A stretch of DNA of 64,000 nt from an uncultured Bdellovibrionales bacterium (GTDB taxonomy: Bacteria > Pseudomonadota > Alphaproteobacteria > Micavibrionales > GCA-2720935), in assembly GCA_964351525.1 (NCBI GenBank), contig CAYGOD010000002.1:230327-294326 (forward strand), in the 5' to 3' direction. How positions within the stretch are numbered: position 1 is the stretch's first letter; every line of letters starts with the position of its first letter. Positions 9,104 through 17,628 of the stretch are shown piece after piece. The position numbers and the translations under genes were made by a program. The notes under the pieces were generated by a model, which was given only the letters and a program-made list of their open reading frames with translations, ran no database searches and had not been told where the DNA came from.

Positions 9104-9550
9104 TTATTCGGCGTCTTTAAGTTCTTGACGTTTTTGCTTATGTTCTTTTTTGAACTCTTTGCGCATTTCTTTCATTTTTGCACGGCGCTCTTCAGGTGAT
9201 AGACCTTCTAATTCAGTTTTCATTTTTGCACGACGTTCTTCCATGCGCTCAAGACGTTCTGCGCGTTCTTCTGCAGTCATGCTTTGGAATTTCTCGCGTT
9301 TTTTATCAATGCGTGCTTTTTTTTCATCACTGAGGGCGTTGTATCGCTCCGTTGCTTTTTCGCTCTCATGCGTCCACCAGGGGCCTTTTTTAACATTATG
9401 TCTTTTATCTTTTATGGTTTCAGAAACCGTGGAGGGTGATGTTGTGATGTCTGTATCGTCGGCCATGGTTGGGCTGATTGATAGACCAAGAACGATGGCA
9501 CCAGCCATTAAAAATGATGTTGTTTTTTGTGTGAATGTGTAGGTCATTAT
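9104..9550 (-). CDS. Secreted, highly charged helical protein (first gene of the ECF operon)
   Basis: I prefer the ATG at 9550 (AAGGA 8 nt upstream) over the track start at 9598. The signal peptide is MTYTFTQKTTSFLMAGAIVLGLSISPTMA, followed by K/E/R-rich repeats (AEERAERLERMEERRAKMK, SPEERRAKMKEMRKEFKKE). Confidence 0.5.
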   Translation of the reverse strand: MMTYTFTQKTTSFLMAGAIVLGLSISPTMADDTDITTSPSTVSETIKDKRHNVKKGPWWTHESEKATERYNALSDEKKARIDKKREKFQSMTAEERAERLERMEERRAKMKTELEGLSPEERRAKMKEMRKEFKKEHKQKRQELKDAE

Positions 9551-9647
9551 AATATCCTTTTTAGGGTTAATAGATAAATAAACAAAATGTCTATTCATAC
9601 TATAATACGCTTGGGCGATAAAAATCCCCCCTTTTTAATTTTAAGAC

Positions 9648-9679
9648 AAAAAAAACCCGCTATAAAAGCGGGTTTTTTA
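9648..9679 (-). terminator. Rho-independent terminator (usable in both directions) after the 582-aa gene
   Basis: An A-run, stem AACCCGC (9654..9660), loop TATAAAA, stem GCGGGTT (9668..9674), then a T-run. On the minus strand the hairpin is followed by 8 T. It lies 15 nt past the stop at 9694. Confidence 0.75.
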
Positions 9680-9693
9680 TAAATTATGTTTTC

Positions 9694-11442
9694 TTAATAA
9701 GCGTTCCAGCCACGGTTGAAGGCACGTCCCATGCTTTGTGGGTTGCTTCTTTTTGTTCTTCGCTTAGTTGATTGTGCCATTTGATATGATTTACGCAACT
9801 TTTCAACATGTCTATCCATGGCACTAAAGGCTGCATCATCAAGCCTCAGGCTGTCTGCCAGAACGTGATTTGCATTCTGAGTTCCCTCCATAAAGCGGGA
9901 CATTAGCACGCCCTCTTGTTCTGTCTCACATAATTGATATGCTTTTGAGATCAGAGTAGGCGTGAATTTGGCGCCCATAATAAGCGGGACATCTGTTGGA
10001 TCAAAATCATACTCGTCTTCAATCGCTTTTTGCTCTGCTTTGGCAATGCGTTGTTTCTGCATGATGGCACGGGCCAGAACAGTGTCGGACATGGTCTTCC
10101 ATACATGTTCTTGTTTAATGCCACGCTCTGTTGATTGGTCTAAAAATTTCTCGGATTCTTGCAAATAAACCTGCACTGCACGGCATATTGATAGGGCTGC
10201 TGATGTTGTTTTCTCAACCTGTGACAAATCAACGTGAACAGTATCTAATTCTTCTATTATATCATCTTGACGTAGCAGGAGGCCGACTCTTTGGACAAGA
10301 AGATTTGCTTGAAAGGCGCCTTGTTCTAGATTTTTTAATGGTTCATAATAATTAGTCATGACTAGGTTTAAGAACTCTTGCATGTCACTGACAATTTGAA
10401 GGCGTAAATCTTTTTGCTGTGCAATATTTGCACTATTCATGAAATAGGGATCTTTAGCCATGATAACAGAACAGAGTTCATCATTTTTTGATAAAACGGT
10501 CGCCGTTTCCTTAAGAACAGCTGCATATGATGCATTCATTTTCTTTTTGGTGGCTTCATAGTCTTGCATGAAGGCTGACTGTAACGTGAGTAAGTCTTTG
10601 TCGGTTCTTAGCTCTTCTCTTCTGAGCGCACGTTCTTCGCGTTTTTTACAGGTTCTGTCATAGGCTTGAATTTTCCCAAGGATGTCATTCTTTTTGACAC
10701 GGACATTTGCTTTGCGACTCGTTGCTTTTTTAACAAATCTACTAAATTCTGTTGCACCAACACCGCCTTTACGCGCTAGATAACTTGTATATGTTTCATC
10801 ACCCAGTTTTTCGCCGCCAATATATATAATCATATCACCAACATGGGTGGAATAATCATAATGATATGATCCTTGGCGCATACGAGACATTTCTTTGTCT
10901 GCTTCGCGATATATATCATCCTCAAAATCATAGTTGCTGGTGGTCATGCGGAGTGTTTCATCTAGTGCGCTTTGTGAACCGTGTTCATTAAGAATTCTTT
11001 GAACATCGTCCTTCATCTCATCCAGTTTCGCTTGTGCCTCATCATGTGTTTTTAGAAGATCGGCGGCACCATCTTTATGACCGGTATATGCGTTTTTGTA
11101 GGTACGAATAAATTTAACAAGTGTTTCTGTATCAGTGTCGCCACGGCGCTTTTGACGCGTAACAATATTTTTTAAGCCTTGCTTAATGGCGTCTACCGAA
11201 CCAATTTCTTTAATGGCTGTTGCTTTCTCATGAAAAGCGCTTAACGCCGCCGTTGCGTCAATAAGCGCACCTTTTTCGATATCTTCTGCATCGGCAACCA
11301 TAGAGGTTAATTGACCTATAGTATTTGATACTTCGTATAATGTATGGCGGGTCAGTTCTGGTGCTGCCGCTTCTTCAAATGGTTGTAGAACAGTGGCAGT
11401 TCCTGTCATTGGTGTGTCGTTTTGTGGTTCTGGCGTGCTCAT
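9694..11442 (-). CDS. Hypothetical protein, 582 aa, predicted largely helical, no signal peptide
   Basis: A long ORF with protein-like composition, its own terminator and its own upstream intergenic region. I recognise no motif. Confidence 0.6.
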   Translation of the reverse strand: MSTPEPQNDTPMTGTATVLQPFEEAAAPELTRHTLYEVSNTIGQLTSMVADAEDIEKGALIDATAALSAFHEKATAIKEIGSVDAIKQGLKNIVTRQKRRGDTDTETLVKFIRTYKNAYTGHKDGAADLLKTHDEAQAKLDEMKDDVQRILNEHGSQSALDETLRMTTSNYDFEDDIYREADKEMSRMRQGSYHYDYSTHVGDMIIYIGGEKLGDETYTSYLARKGGVGATEFSRFVKKATSRKANVRVKKNDILGKIQAYDRTCKKREERALRREELRTDKDLLTLQSAFMQDYEATKKKMNASYAAVLKETATVLSKNDELCSVIMAKDPYFMNSANIAQQKDLRLQIVSDMQEFLNLVMTNYYEPLKNLEQGAFQANLLVQRVGLLLRQDDIIEELDTVHVDLSQVEKTTSAALSICRAVQVYLQESEKFLDQSTERGIKQEHVWKTMSDTVLARAIMQKQRIAKAEQKAIEDEYDFDPTDVPLIMGAKFTPTLISKAYQLCETEQEGVLMSRFMEGTQNANHVLADSLRLDDAAFSAMDRHVEKLRKSYQMAQSTKRRTKRSNPQSMGRAFNRGWNAY

Positions 11443-11635
11443 ACGTCTGTATCCTTATGTGTTAAACATCATTTACAATCTGTTAATAATTATGGAATAT
11501 ATACACATTATGTAATCTTGTCAATAGATTCATTGTAGATTCATGGCAGATTCTTATTTTTTTTTATCTATTTCATAAAAACACGTTATTATAAGGCCTG
11601 TTTTGACGGGACATGCCCATTTAAAAGGATATATT

Positions 11636-12634
11636 ATGGCTTTTCGATTAGTGAATTTTTATGCAAGTGATGACCTAAGCCCAGATCTTATTACCACGAT
11701 AGAGGCAATCGATGGTGTGCGTGATTGGAATATCAAGAAAAACAAAGACGATGTTCAGTATAGTTTTCTTGTACAAGTTCAAAAAACCCAAGAATTAACA
11801 GATAAATTACAACCCATTCTGAATAATGACGAACGGGCACAAATTGTTGTCCTACCGGTTGTAACAACAATTCCGTCTTTAGAAGAAGAGGTTGAGGATA
11901 GCTCAAAGAAGAAAACCGCAGGCATTAGCCGCGAAGAGCTTTATGTCGATGTGGCCAAGGGTGCCGAACTTGATAAATCATATATGCTGCTTGTTTTCTT
12001 TTCCACCATTGTGGCGGCGATTGGTTTGCTTGAAAATAACGTAGCGGTTGTTATTGGTGCGATGGTGATTGCACCTTTATTAGGACCCAATCTGGCATTT
12101 GCGTTGGCAACCGTATTAGGTGACACAGAGTTGATGAAAAAATCAGTCCGTACCAACGTTGTTGGTTTATTGGCGTCGGTAGTTCTGTCCTTCTTATTGG
12201 GGCTTTTCTGGTCAGGGCCTTTGGAACAAAGTCATGAATTTATGTCGCGCACCGATGTTGGTTTTTCCGGTGTTGTGTTGGCGATTGCGTCTGGTGCGGC
12301 GGCGGTTTTATCGCTTGTAACGGGTGTCTCGTCTGCATTGGTGGGGGTTATGGTTGCGGTTGCCTTATTGCCACCAGCGGTAGTGTTTGGTACGTCCCTT
12401 GGTGCGGGTGAGTTTATCTATGCCTTTGGCGCGTTCTTATTGCTCGCCGCCAACATTATTTGCGTCAATCTATCGGCGATTTTGGTGCTTATCTATAAAG
12501 ATGTTCAACCCCGCAAATGGCAAGAAAAGAAAAACGCCAAAGTTATCTCTGGGCGCTATGTGGCCCTTTGGACGATTGCTCTGGGTGTGATCTTATTAAT
12601 GTTGATTGCTAAATCATACATGGCTGATTTTTAA
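11636..12634 (+). CDS. DUF389-like hydrophobic-domain membrane protein
   Basis: The ATG at 11636 is preceded by AAAAGGA (the track start at 11603 is TTG). A soluble N-domain is followed by a TM domain with GAMVIAPLLGPNLAFALA, resembling the DUF389/TIGR00341 signature. Confidence 0.55.
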   Translation: MAFRLVNFYASDDLSPDLITTIEAIDGVRDWNIKKNKDDVQYSFLVQVQKTQELTDKLQPILNNDERAQIVVLPVVTTIPSLEEEVEDSSKKKTAGISREELYVDVAKGAELDKSYMLLVFFSTIVAAIGLLENNVAVVIGAMVIAPLLGPNLAFALATVLGDTELMKKSVRTNVVGLLASVVLSFLLGLFWSGPLEQSHEFMSRTDVGFSGVVLAIASGAAAVLSLVTGVSSALVGVMVAVALLPPAVVFGTSLGAGEFIYAFGAFLLLAANIICVNLSAILVLIYKDVQPRKWQEKKNAKVISGRYVALWTIALGVILLMLIAKSYMADF

Positions 12635-13587
12635 GCGGCTTTTTGCTTTTGATTTTCAACGCTTTTGACAATGACGTTTGCATAGTTAAAGCGCTGTATT
12701 GGCTTGAACTGTCTTTTGAACAGGTCTAGGCTTTTTGTTTCAGAACCGCCAGGGCATAGGGTTTTTATGCCATTTTCATTCAAGTGCTCAGCAAGCTTTA
12801 AATAAGATAATCGTGAAATCTCTGTGACTGTATTGTCATAGACTAGCCATAGGAGATTGGCTTGTTGATCGTTACTCAGATCCCAGGCGATGTATGCAAC
12901 GGGGGTCTCGTCTATCTCTATCATTGCCGTTTGATAGGTATTCTTATTTGTTTCAATGATTTTAACACCTTCTAATAAGGTGTTAAAAATTTCTTCTTGT
13001 GATAGCCCAGGTTGTGAGGCGTCAATTTTTTTGGCTTGCTTTAACGCCCATTTCATTAAAACTTTTGGCTGTATTTTTGCGTTTAAACGGAAAGAAATTT
13101 TTTTGTCATCGAACTGGTATAGACAATATCGTAGTTTTCTGTATTTGCCACCTTTTAGCTCTGATAATTCTTGTGTTGAGTAATGGTATGTCGGATATAC
13201 CCAATCCATGACGGTTTCATTTTCCGTTGCAAAATCATCTGATCCATCAATAAAGTGGCGTGATATTTTTGTTATTTTAGCATCTATTTTTTGTTCGGCA
13301 TAACTTAACAGTTCTTCGCAATAGAGAGGCATATAATTGATGTGTTCATTGTCAATATTGGGGTGTTCACACTGTATTAAAATTGCATTCTTATTCCCTA
13401 AAATTGACGCTTTTTTACGACCCGTTATAAGGTAATAACCATAGGACGTGTTAAATGATGATAATTTTTGAAAACAGTCTTGGTTCTTTGTATTTGACGT
13501 AAAACTATCAAATAAAGCTTTACCTTCAGCGCTATCAAGGGGGAAGTGCTTAAAGTCATGGTCAGGGATTTTATAAGGAAGAATCAT
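12631..13587 (-). CDS. DUF2156-like (lysyl-PG synthase C-terminal / GNAT-fold-like) protein
   Basis: YHYSTQELSELKGGKYRKLRYCLYQF, and a C-terminal part ending in CPGGSETKSLDLFKRQFKP, resemble the DUF2156 pattern as I recall it. It lies 3 nt downstream of the XRE regulator gene. Confidence 0.4.
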   Translation of the reverse strand: MILPYKIPDHDFKHFPLDSAEGKALFDSFTSNTKNQDCFQKLSSFNTSYGYYLITGRKKASILGNKNAILIQCEHPNIDNEHINYMPLYCEELLSYAEQKIDAKITKISRHFIDGSDDFATENETVMDWVYPTYHYSTQELSELKGGKYRKLRYCLYQFDDKKISFRLNAKIQPKVLMKWALKQAKKIDASQPGLSQEEIFNTLLEGVKIIETNKNTYQTAMIEIDETPVAYIAWDLSNDQQANLLWLVYDNTVTEISRLSYLKLAEHLNENGIKTLCPGGSETKSLDLFKRQFKPIQRFNYANVIVKSVENQKQKAA

Positions 13588-13590
13588 TTT

Positions 13591-14241
13591 TTACGTATCT
13601 TTTAATATCGGTGCGCGAGATGAATTCCAAACGAGTTGGAAGTTCTTACGGCGCTCTTCTGCAAGTGCCGCATTGCGAATTAATAGGATTTGTACGGGTT
13701 GTTGCCACAAAACAAAGGCGACGTTATCTCCATAAACATATGTGAGCGATGATGCGAAGAATGTTTTTGGCATCCAGCGATATGTGTTTAGGTGGCCTAC
13801 AATTTCTTTTACGCCCTCACAAATAAGGAGGCGCTGGCGGATTTTTAATTTATCGCGTCTTTCAAGTTGGTCATTTAGGGTATCTAGTGAAAAATGTTTT
13901 AAGAACATTTCTTCGTCAGCACCAAAAGCTAGAAGCTCTCTTTGATCTTCTTCAACTTGTGATAGGCAGTTAATCATATCATCAAAAAGCGGAACAATTG
14001 CACGTGGGCCTTCAAATGTTTCAATAAGGCTTTTCTTCTTACGCACACCATCATCAATAAATTCAATGCCCGCTTGGTCAAAGGCGAGGATGATGTTTTC
14101 TTGGGTTTTTAGATTTGGTTTGTGTTTTTCGATCTCAATGTTACCGATCGCAGGTGTTGAAACGCCAACACGCTTGGCGAGTTCGCCTTGGCTCCATCCG
14201 ATAAGGGCGCGTGCGGCGCGAATTTGCTCTGCTTTTAACAT
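13591..14241 (-). CDS. XRE-family HTH transcriptional regulator with a C-terminal domain of unknown function
   Basis: The N-terminus IRAARALIGWSQGELAKRVGVSTPAIGNIE is a classic Cro/C1 HTH. Confidence 0.8.
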   Translation of the reverse strand: MLKAEQIRAARALIGWSQGELAKRVGVSTPAIGNIEIEKHKPNLKTQENIILAFDQAGIEFIDDGVRKKKSLIETFEGPRAIVPLFDDMINCLSQVEEDQRELLAFGADEEMFLKHFSLDTLNDQLERRDKLKIRQRLLICEGVKEIVGHLNTYRWMPKTFFASSLTYVYGDNVAFVLWQQPVQILLIRNAALAEERRKNFQLVWNSSRAPILKDT

Positions 14242-14372
14242 GGTATTTTTATACTTTATTTATGTATCTAGATCATTCTTTAAGATCGCGTTAATATGTA
14301 AAAATAAATCGTAATTAATCTTATAAACAATATATAATATAATGTCAAGTGATATGATATGCAAAAAACACC

Positions 14373-14401
14373 TTGACATTATGTAAATAAATAGTTAATA
14401 T
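14373..14401 (+). promoter_or_regulatory. Near-consensus sigma70-type promoter
   Basis: TTGACA (14373..14378), an exactly 17-nt spacer, and TAATAT (14396..14401). Confidence 0.5.
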
Positions 14402-14408
14402 CTAAACC

Positions 14409-14555
14409 ATAGAGCGAATAAAACGCTTAATCCTTTCGGGGTGATTGTCGGTTTCGATATCATGAAGGGGTTATTTATAAGGCGTTCTTATTTATATCTA
14501 TACCCCAACCTTGTTCTATACTTTAAGGCCGAATTTTATATTCGGTCTTTTTTTT
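14409..14555 (+). ncRNA. Candidate small RNA or 5' leader (about 145 nt) bounded by promoter and terminator
   Basis: It runs from the predicted TSS, about 7 nt after the -10, to the intrinsic terminator at 14527..14555. It contains internal hairpins (AGCG-AATAAAA-CGCT; GGGGT..ACCCC). The only ORF here (14441..14665) has poor coding character. Confidence 0.3.
14527..14555 (+). terminator. Rho-independent terminator upstream of yaaA
   Basis: Stem GGCCGAAT (14527..14534), loop TTTAT, stem ATTCGGTC (14540..14547, one G-U pair), then 8 T (14548..14555). Confidence 0.55.
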
Positions 14556-14631
14556 GTCCGCCCTTAAGCTTGATAAACCGTTCTTATCAGTCTATTTTGA
14601 TCTACAGCTCAATAGTTAAAGGACCTTCCAA

Positions 14632-15396
14632 ATGTATATTTTATTATCCCCTGCGAAAAAATTAAACTTTGCGGCGGCACCCGTCGAAATACCTGAATCA
14701 AAACCTGTTTTGATGAAAAAGACGGCAGCACTTTTGGGGGTTATGGCGCAAAAAACTCAAGATGATATAGCAAGGCTTATGCATCTCTCTGATAAATTGG
14801 CTATGTTAAATTTTGATCGTTATCAGGCCTTTGCTGCGCAAGAAAAAAAACAGGCGTTATTAGCATTTGACGGCGATGTTTATAAAGGGCTTGACGCGCA
14901 GGGCTTGGACGAAGAGGGCCTTAGCTATGCCGCCAATCACGTGGGCATCTTGTCTGGCTTATACGGCGTATTGCGCGGTAATGATGTGATGCAACCGTAT
15001 CGTTTGGAAATGGGCACATCATTAAAGACCGATCACGGTAAGAACTTATATGAGTTTTGGGGTGATGATGTTACCGATACGATTAATGATTTTGTTACGA
15101 CCGTCAAAGCGCCTTATATAGTAAACTTGGCATCACAGGAATATGCGAAAGTTGTCCAAAGAGATCGTTTATCTGTTCCTGTTATTAATGTGAAATTTAA
15201 AGAAATTAGGAACGGTAAGCCCCCAAAAATGATTGGTTTATATGCCAAGCGTGCACGCGGCATGATGGCGCGCTATGTGATTGATAATCGTATAACCGAT
15301 ATTGAGGCCTTGAAATCATTTGACACGGCTGGATATTTCTTCGTTAATAGAGATATAGATAATAACGAGATCGAATTTCACCGTATTCATAAATGA
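14632..15396 (+). CDS. yaaA: Peroxide stress protein YaaA (DUF328/UPF0246)
   Basis: The start MYILLSPAKKLNF and the overall length are typical of YaaA. AAAGGA lies upstream. Confidence 0.9.
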   Translation: MYILLSPAKKLNFAAAPVEIPESKPVLMKKTAALLGVMAQKTQDDIARLMHLSDKLAMLNFDRYQAFAAQEKKQALLAFDGDVYKGLDAQGLDEEGLSYAANHVGILSGLYGVLRGNDVMQPYRLEMGTSLKTDHGKNLYEFWGDDVTDTINDFVTTVKAPYIVNLASQEYAKVVQRDRLSVPVINVKFKEIRNGKPPKMIGLYAKRARGMMARYVIDNRITDIEALKSFDTAGYFFVNRDIDNNEIEFHRIHK

Positions 15397-15481
15397 GTAT
15401 TCATAAATAAAGCCATTTATTGGGGTGTTTTTTAAAGAGCCATAAAGCCGTGATCTTGTTTAAATTAAAACAGGATTTATA

Positions 15482-16831
15482 ATGACCAAAGCCTCAACGC
15501 CTAAACCGCTCGACATTGTTCATCAAACACTACGAGATAGTTTTGATTCTTCTTTAATTTATTCAGGAGGGTCTTTATCTATTAAGGAACGCCTATATCA
15601 TTATCAATCAGCGCAAATTCAGGCACGTATTGATCGGCGCGATGGCGCTAAAATATTGGGTAAACCATACCGTAGGAAAACACGTCTTGAAAAAACTCAA
15701 AATACTAAAAGAGGCAAAAGAGAGCGCCGTTATAAAACGCGCTTACTTAATAAGAAGCAACAGCAGAAATTATTAGATAAAGCCATGGATCAATTAACGC
15801 CGCGACAACGATTGATGGTTGAAAAGACACGTGCCCAAGATGAAAAAAGAAAACAAAATCGTCTTAAATTTAGATCACTTAAAAATGAGAAAGTAATAGC
15901 AAGGATGGCTGGTGAAGATAAAAAAAATGAAGCAAAGAGTTTAACGAGTGTTTTCACACTATCAACCAGTCCGCTGCGCCGGCAAAACCTGTGTCAAAGG
16001 GCTTATGTTTATTTGGCCGCACAAACCGCACAAAATGATTACACAATAAAAGATATAGAGAAGGTCTTTACACAAGATTTCATTCCTTTCATGAAGAGCG
16101 CTGGTTTATTCGATGTGTCTGTTAATGAAGCTGGCTATATAAAACGTTTGAAAGCGGCGTTTAAATTATATGAAACTGACCGCGAAGAATATTTTGACCA
16201 ATATGCGAGTGATATTTTTGCATATCAGGCAGAGATGGACCGTATGGACATGTTGGATGGTTTGATTCAGGCTTTGTTATCAACCGTTGCGGTAAAAGAT
16301 CTTAATATTATTGTGACCTCCGTTTATGATGTTGAGCAGGTAATAAAGGATAATGATATTGGTGTTGTATTGTCCATCGAACATCCAGGCGCAAAAGATT
16401 TAAAGGGCGGCCGTGCACCACGTTTAAAGGATGTTAATCAAAAAATTCTTTGTTTCTGGGATACTGAAAACGAAGATATTAAGCAAGGCCCAACAATGAT
16501 TGATGTGGCAGAGGGGTTGGCTTTTTTGGAGAATAACAAAGATCGCCCCATTGTTGTTCATTGCAAGGCGGGAAAGCGCCGTTCTGTATCGATTGTTCTG
16601 GCGTATTTAGCCAAAGAAAAAGGTATTCCAGAAGCTATTAAATTAATGAAACAAATGCGTCCAATCGCAACGCCGAATATTTTGATTATTGCTTTGGCAG
16701 ATAAATTCTTAAATATGGATGGTGCTTTGTTTAAGGCTGTTAATGAAGACCCTGAATTTAAGGCGCGGGCGGAGAAAATTCGTCAACGTATTAAGGATAC
16801 GCCAAAAACCCGTGATTTCGAAATGCGCTAG
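15482..16831 (+). CDS. Protein with C-terminal CX5R (PTP/DSP-superfamily) phosphatase domain and a long basic N-terminal extension
   Basis: VVHCKAGKRRSVSIVLAYL is the HCxxGxxRS signature. The preceding segment VLSIEHPG...LCFWDTEN resembles the small bacterial 'predicted protein tyrosine phosphatase' family. Roughly residues 60-150 are K/R-rich (RRKTRLEKTQNTKRGKRERRYKTRLLNKKQQQK). Confidence 0.7.
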   Translation: MTKASTPKPLDIVHQTLRDSFDSSLIYSGGSLSIKERLYHYQSAQIQARIDRRDGAKILGKPYRRKTRLEKTQNTKRGKRERRYKTRLLNKKQQQKLLDKAMDQLTPRQRLMVEKTRAQDEKRKQNRLKFRSLKNEKVIARMAGEDKKNEAKSLTSVFTLSTSPLRRQNLCQRAYVYLAAQTAQNDYTIKDIEKVFTQDFIPFMKSAGLFDVSVNEAGYIKRLKAAFKLYETDREEYFDQYASDIFAYQAEMDRMDMLDGLIQALLSTVAVKDLNIIVTSVYDVEQVIKDNDIGVVLSIEHPGAKDLKGGRAPRLKDVNQKILCFWDTENEDIKQGPTMIDVAEGLAFLENNKDRPIVVHCKAGKRRSVSIVLAYLAKEKGIPEAIKLMKQMRPIATPNILIIALADKFLNMDGALFKAVNEDPEFKARAEKIRQRIKDTPKTRDFEMR

Positions 16832-17476
16832 GCTTGTCTAAAGGGGCAAAAAAGAAGCCCCGAAAGACAAAGCGTGAATTCTTTTCACTAGTCTTACCGG
16901 GGCTATCAAGTCAGGTCTGGATCAAACTTTATTCACATATCAACGTGTTGCGTCTCTCCGTGGGGTACTATTGTCGCAAGTGTCGAGGAAGGACATTAAT
17001 TGGATCAATCGCATGTGTCGCAATGTGTATCTGATCTGACCATTTGGGGTAAAAGATTTTTCAAAAACATATCGTGAGTGTGTCAGGGGTAAGGGGTGAC
17101 ATGTCTTCTAAAATCTTAAAAAATTCCTTTTCTTTTATGCTTGTTCAACTGTTTTTTATTGTTTGACTTAATCAGCGTCACGTACCTTTTTATTCTGTGT
17201 CCAAGATTGGGGTATGTGTGTCATGTCATCGGTTTAATTAATCGATAAATATGTATGAACATAGGTAAAGATACGTGACGAGATTAGGGGGTCATGAATT
17301 GTTTTTATGTGATCCTTATTAAACGTTTTGCTTAAATTCTTTTTATTGTTTCTTGTCTAAAAGCGTTGCAGTCGCTGTGCCAAAAGATCTTGAAAATAGG
17401 ACGAGATGCTGTTTTTTGAATAAAAATCGTTTCATTACAAGTGTTTGTATATGTTAATAGAGGGTTAATGTAATTC

Positions 17477-17574
17477 TATAGGCAATAATTACCCATTTTA
17501 ATATAGGCAGTTATTGCCCAATAGTGTAAATATAGGCAATAATTACCTATTTTTACACTATTTAGGCTGTTATC
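17477..17574. repeat. Iteron/operator-like array of three 17-bp direct repeats plus a partial fourth, with a nested 11-bp inverted repeat
   Basis: TATAGGCAATAATTACC occurs at 17477..17493 and 17531..17547. The variant TATAGGCAGTTATTGCC (internally palindromic GGCAGTTATTGCC) is at 17502..17518. A partial TTAGGCTGTTATC is at 17562..17574. A perfect inverted repeat AATAGTGTAAA (17520..17530) / TTTACACTATT (17552..17562) brackets copy 3. Confidence 0.7.
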
Positions 17575-17628
17575 TTCTCTTTTATATTTGCTCTTTACTT
17601 TTGCAGTGGGGGTGATTAATTAAAAGAT

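Noticed and set aside
16834-17034. 66-aa ORF just after the phosphatase gene
   Set aside because: It has a TTG start embedded in a hairpin (16834..16875), odd composition and no SD. I treat the region as non-coding.
17477-17574. CRISPR array
   Set aside because: There are only 3-4 repeats of 17 bp with 8-13 bp between copies. That is far too short for repeats and spacers, and no cas genes are in the window.
16832-17628. FMN (RFN) riboswitch upstream of ribF
   Set aside because: I looked for the conserved RFN core (GGTGAAATTCC-like and CCGACGGT..AGTCCGGATG-like blocks). Only a vague GTCTGGATC is present. As far as I recall, ribF is also not a typical RFN-regulated gene.
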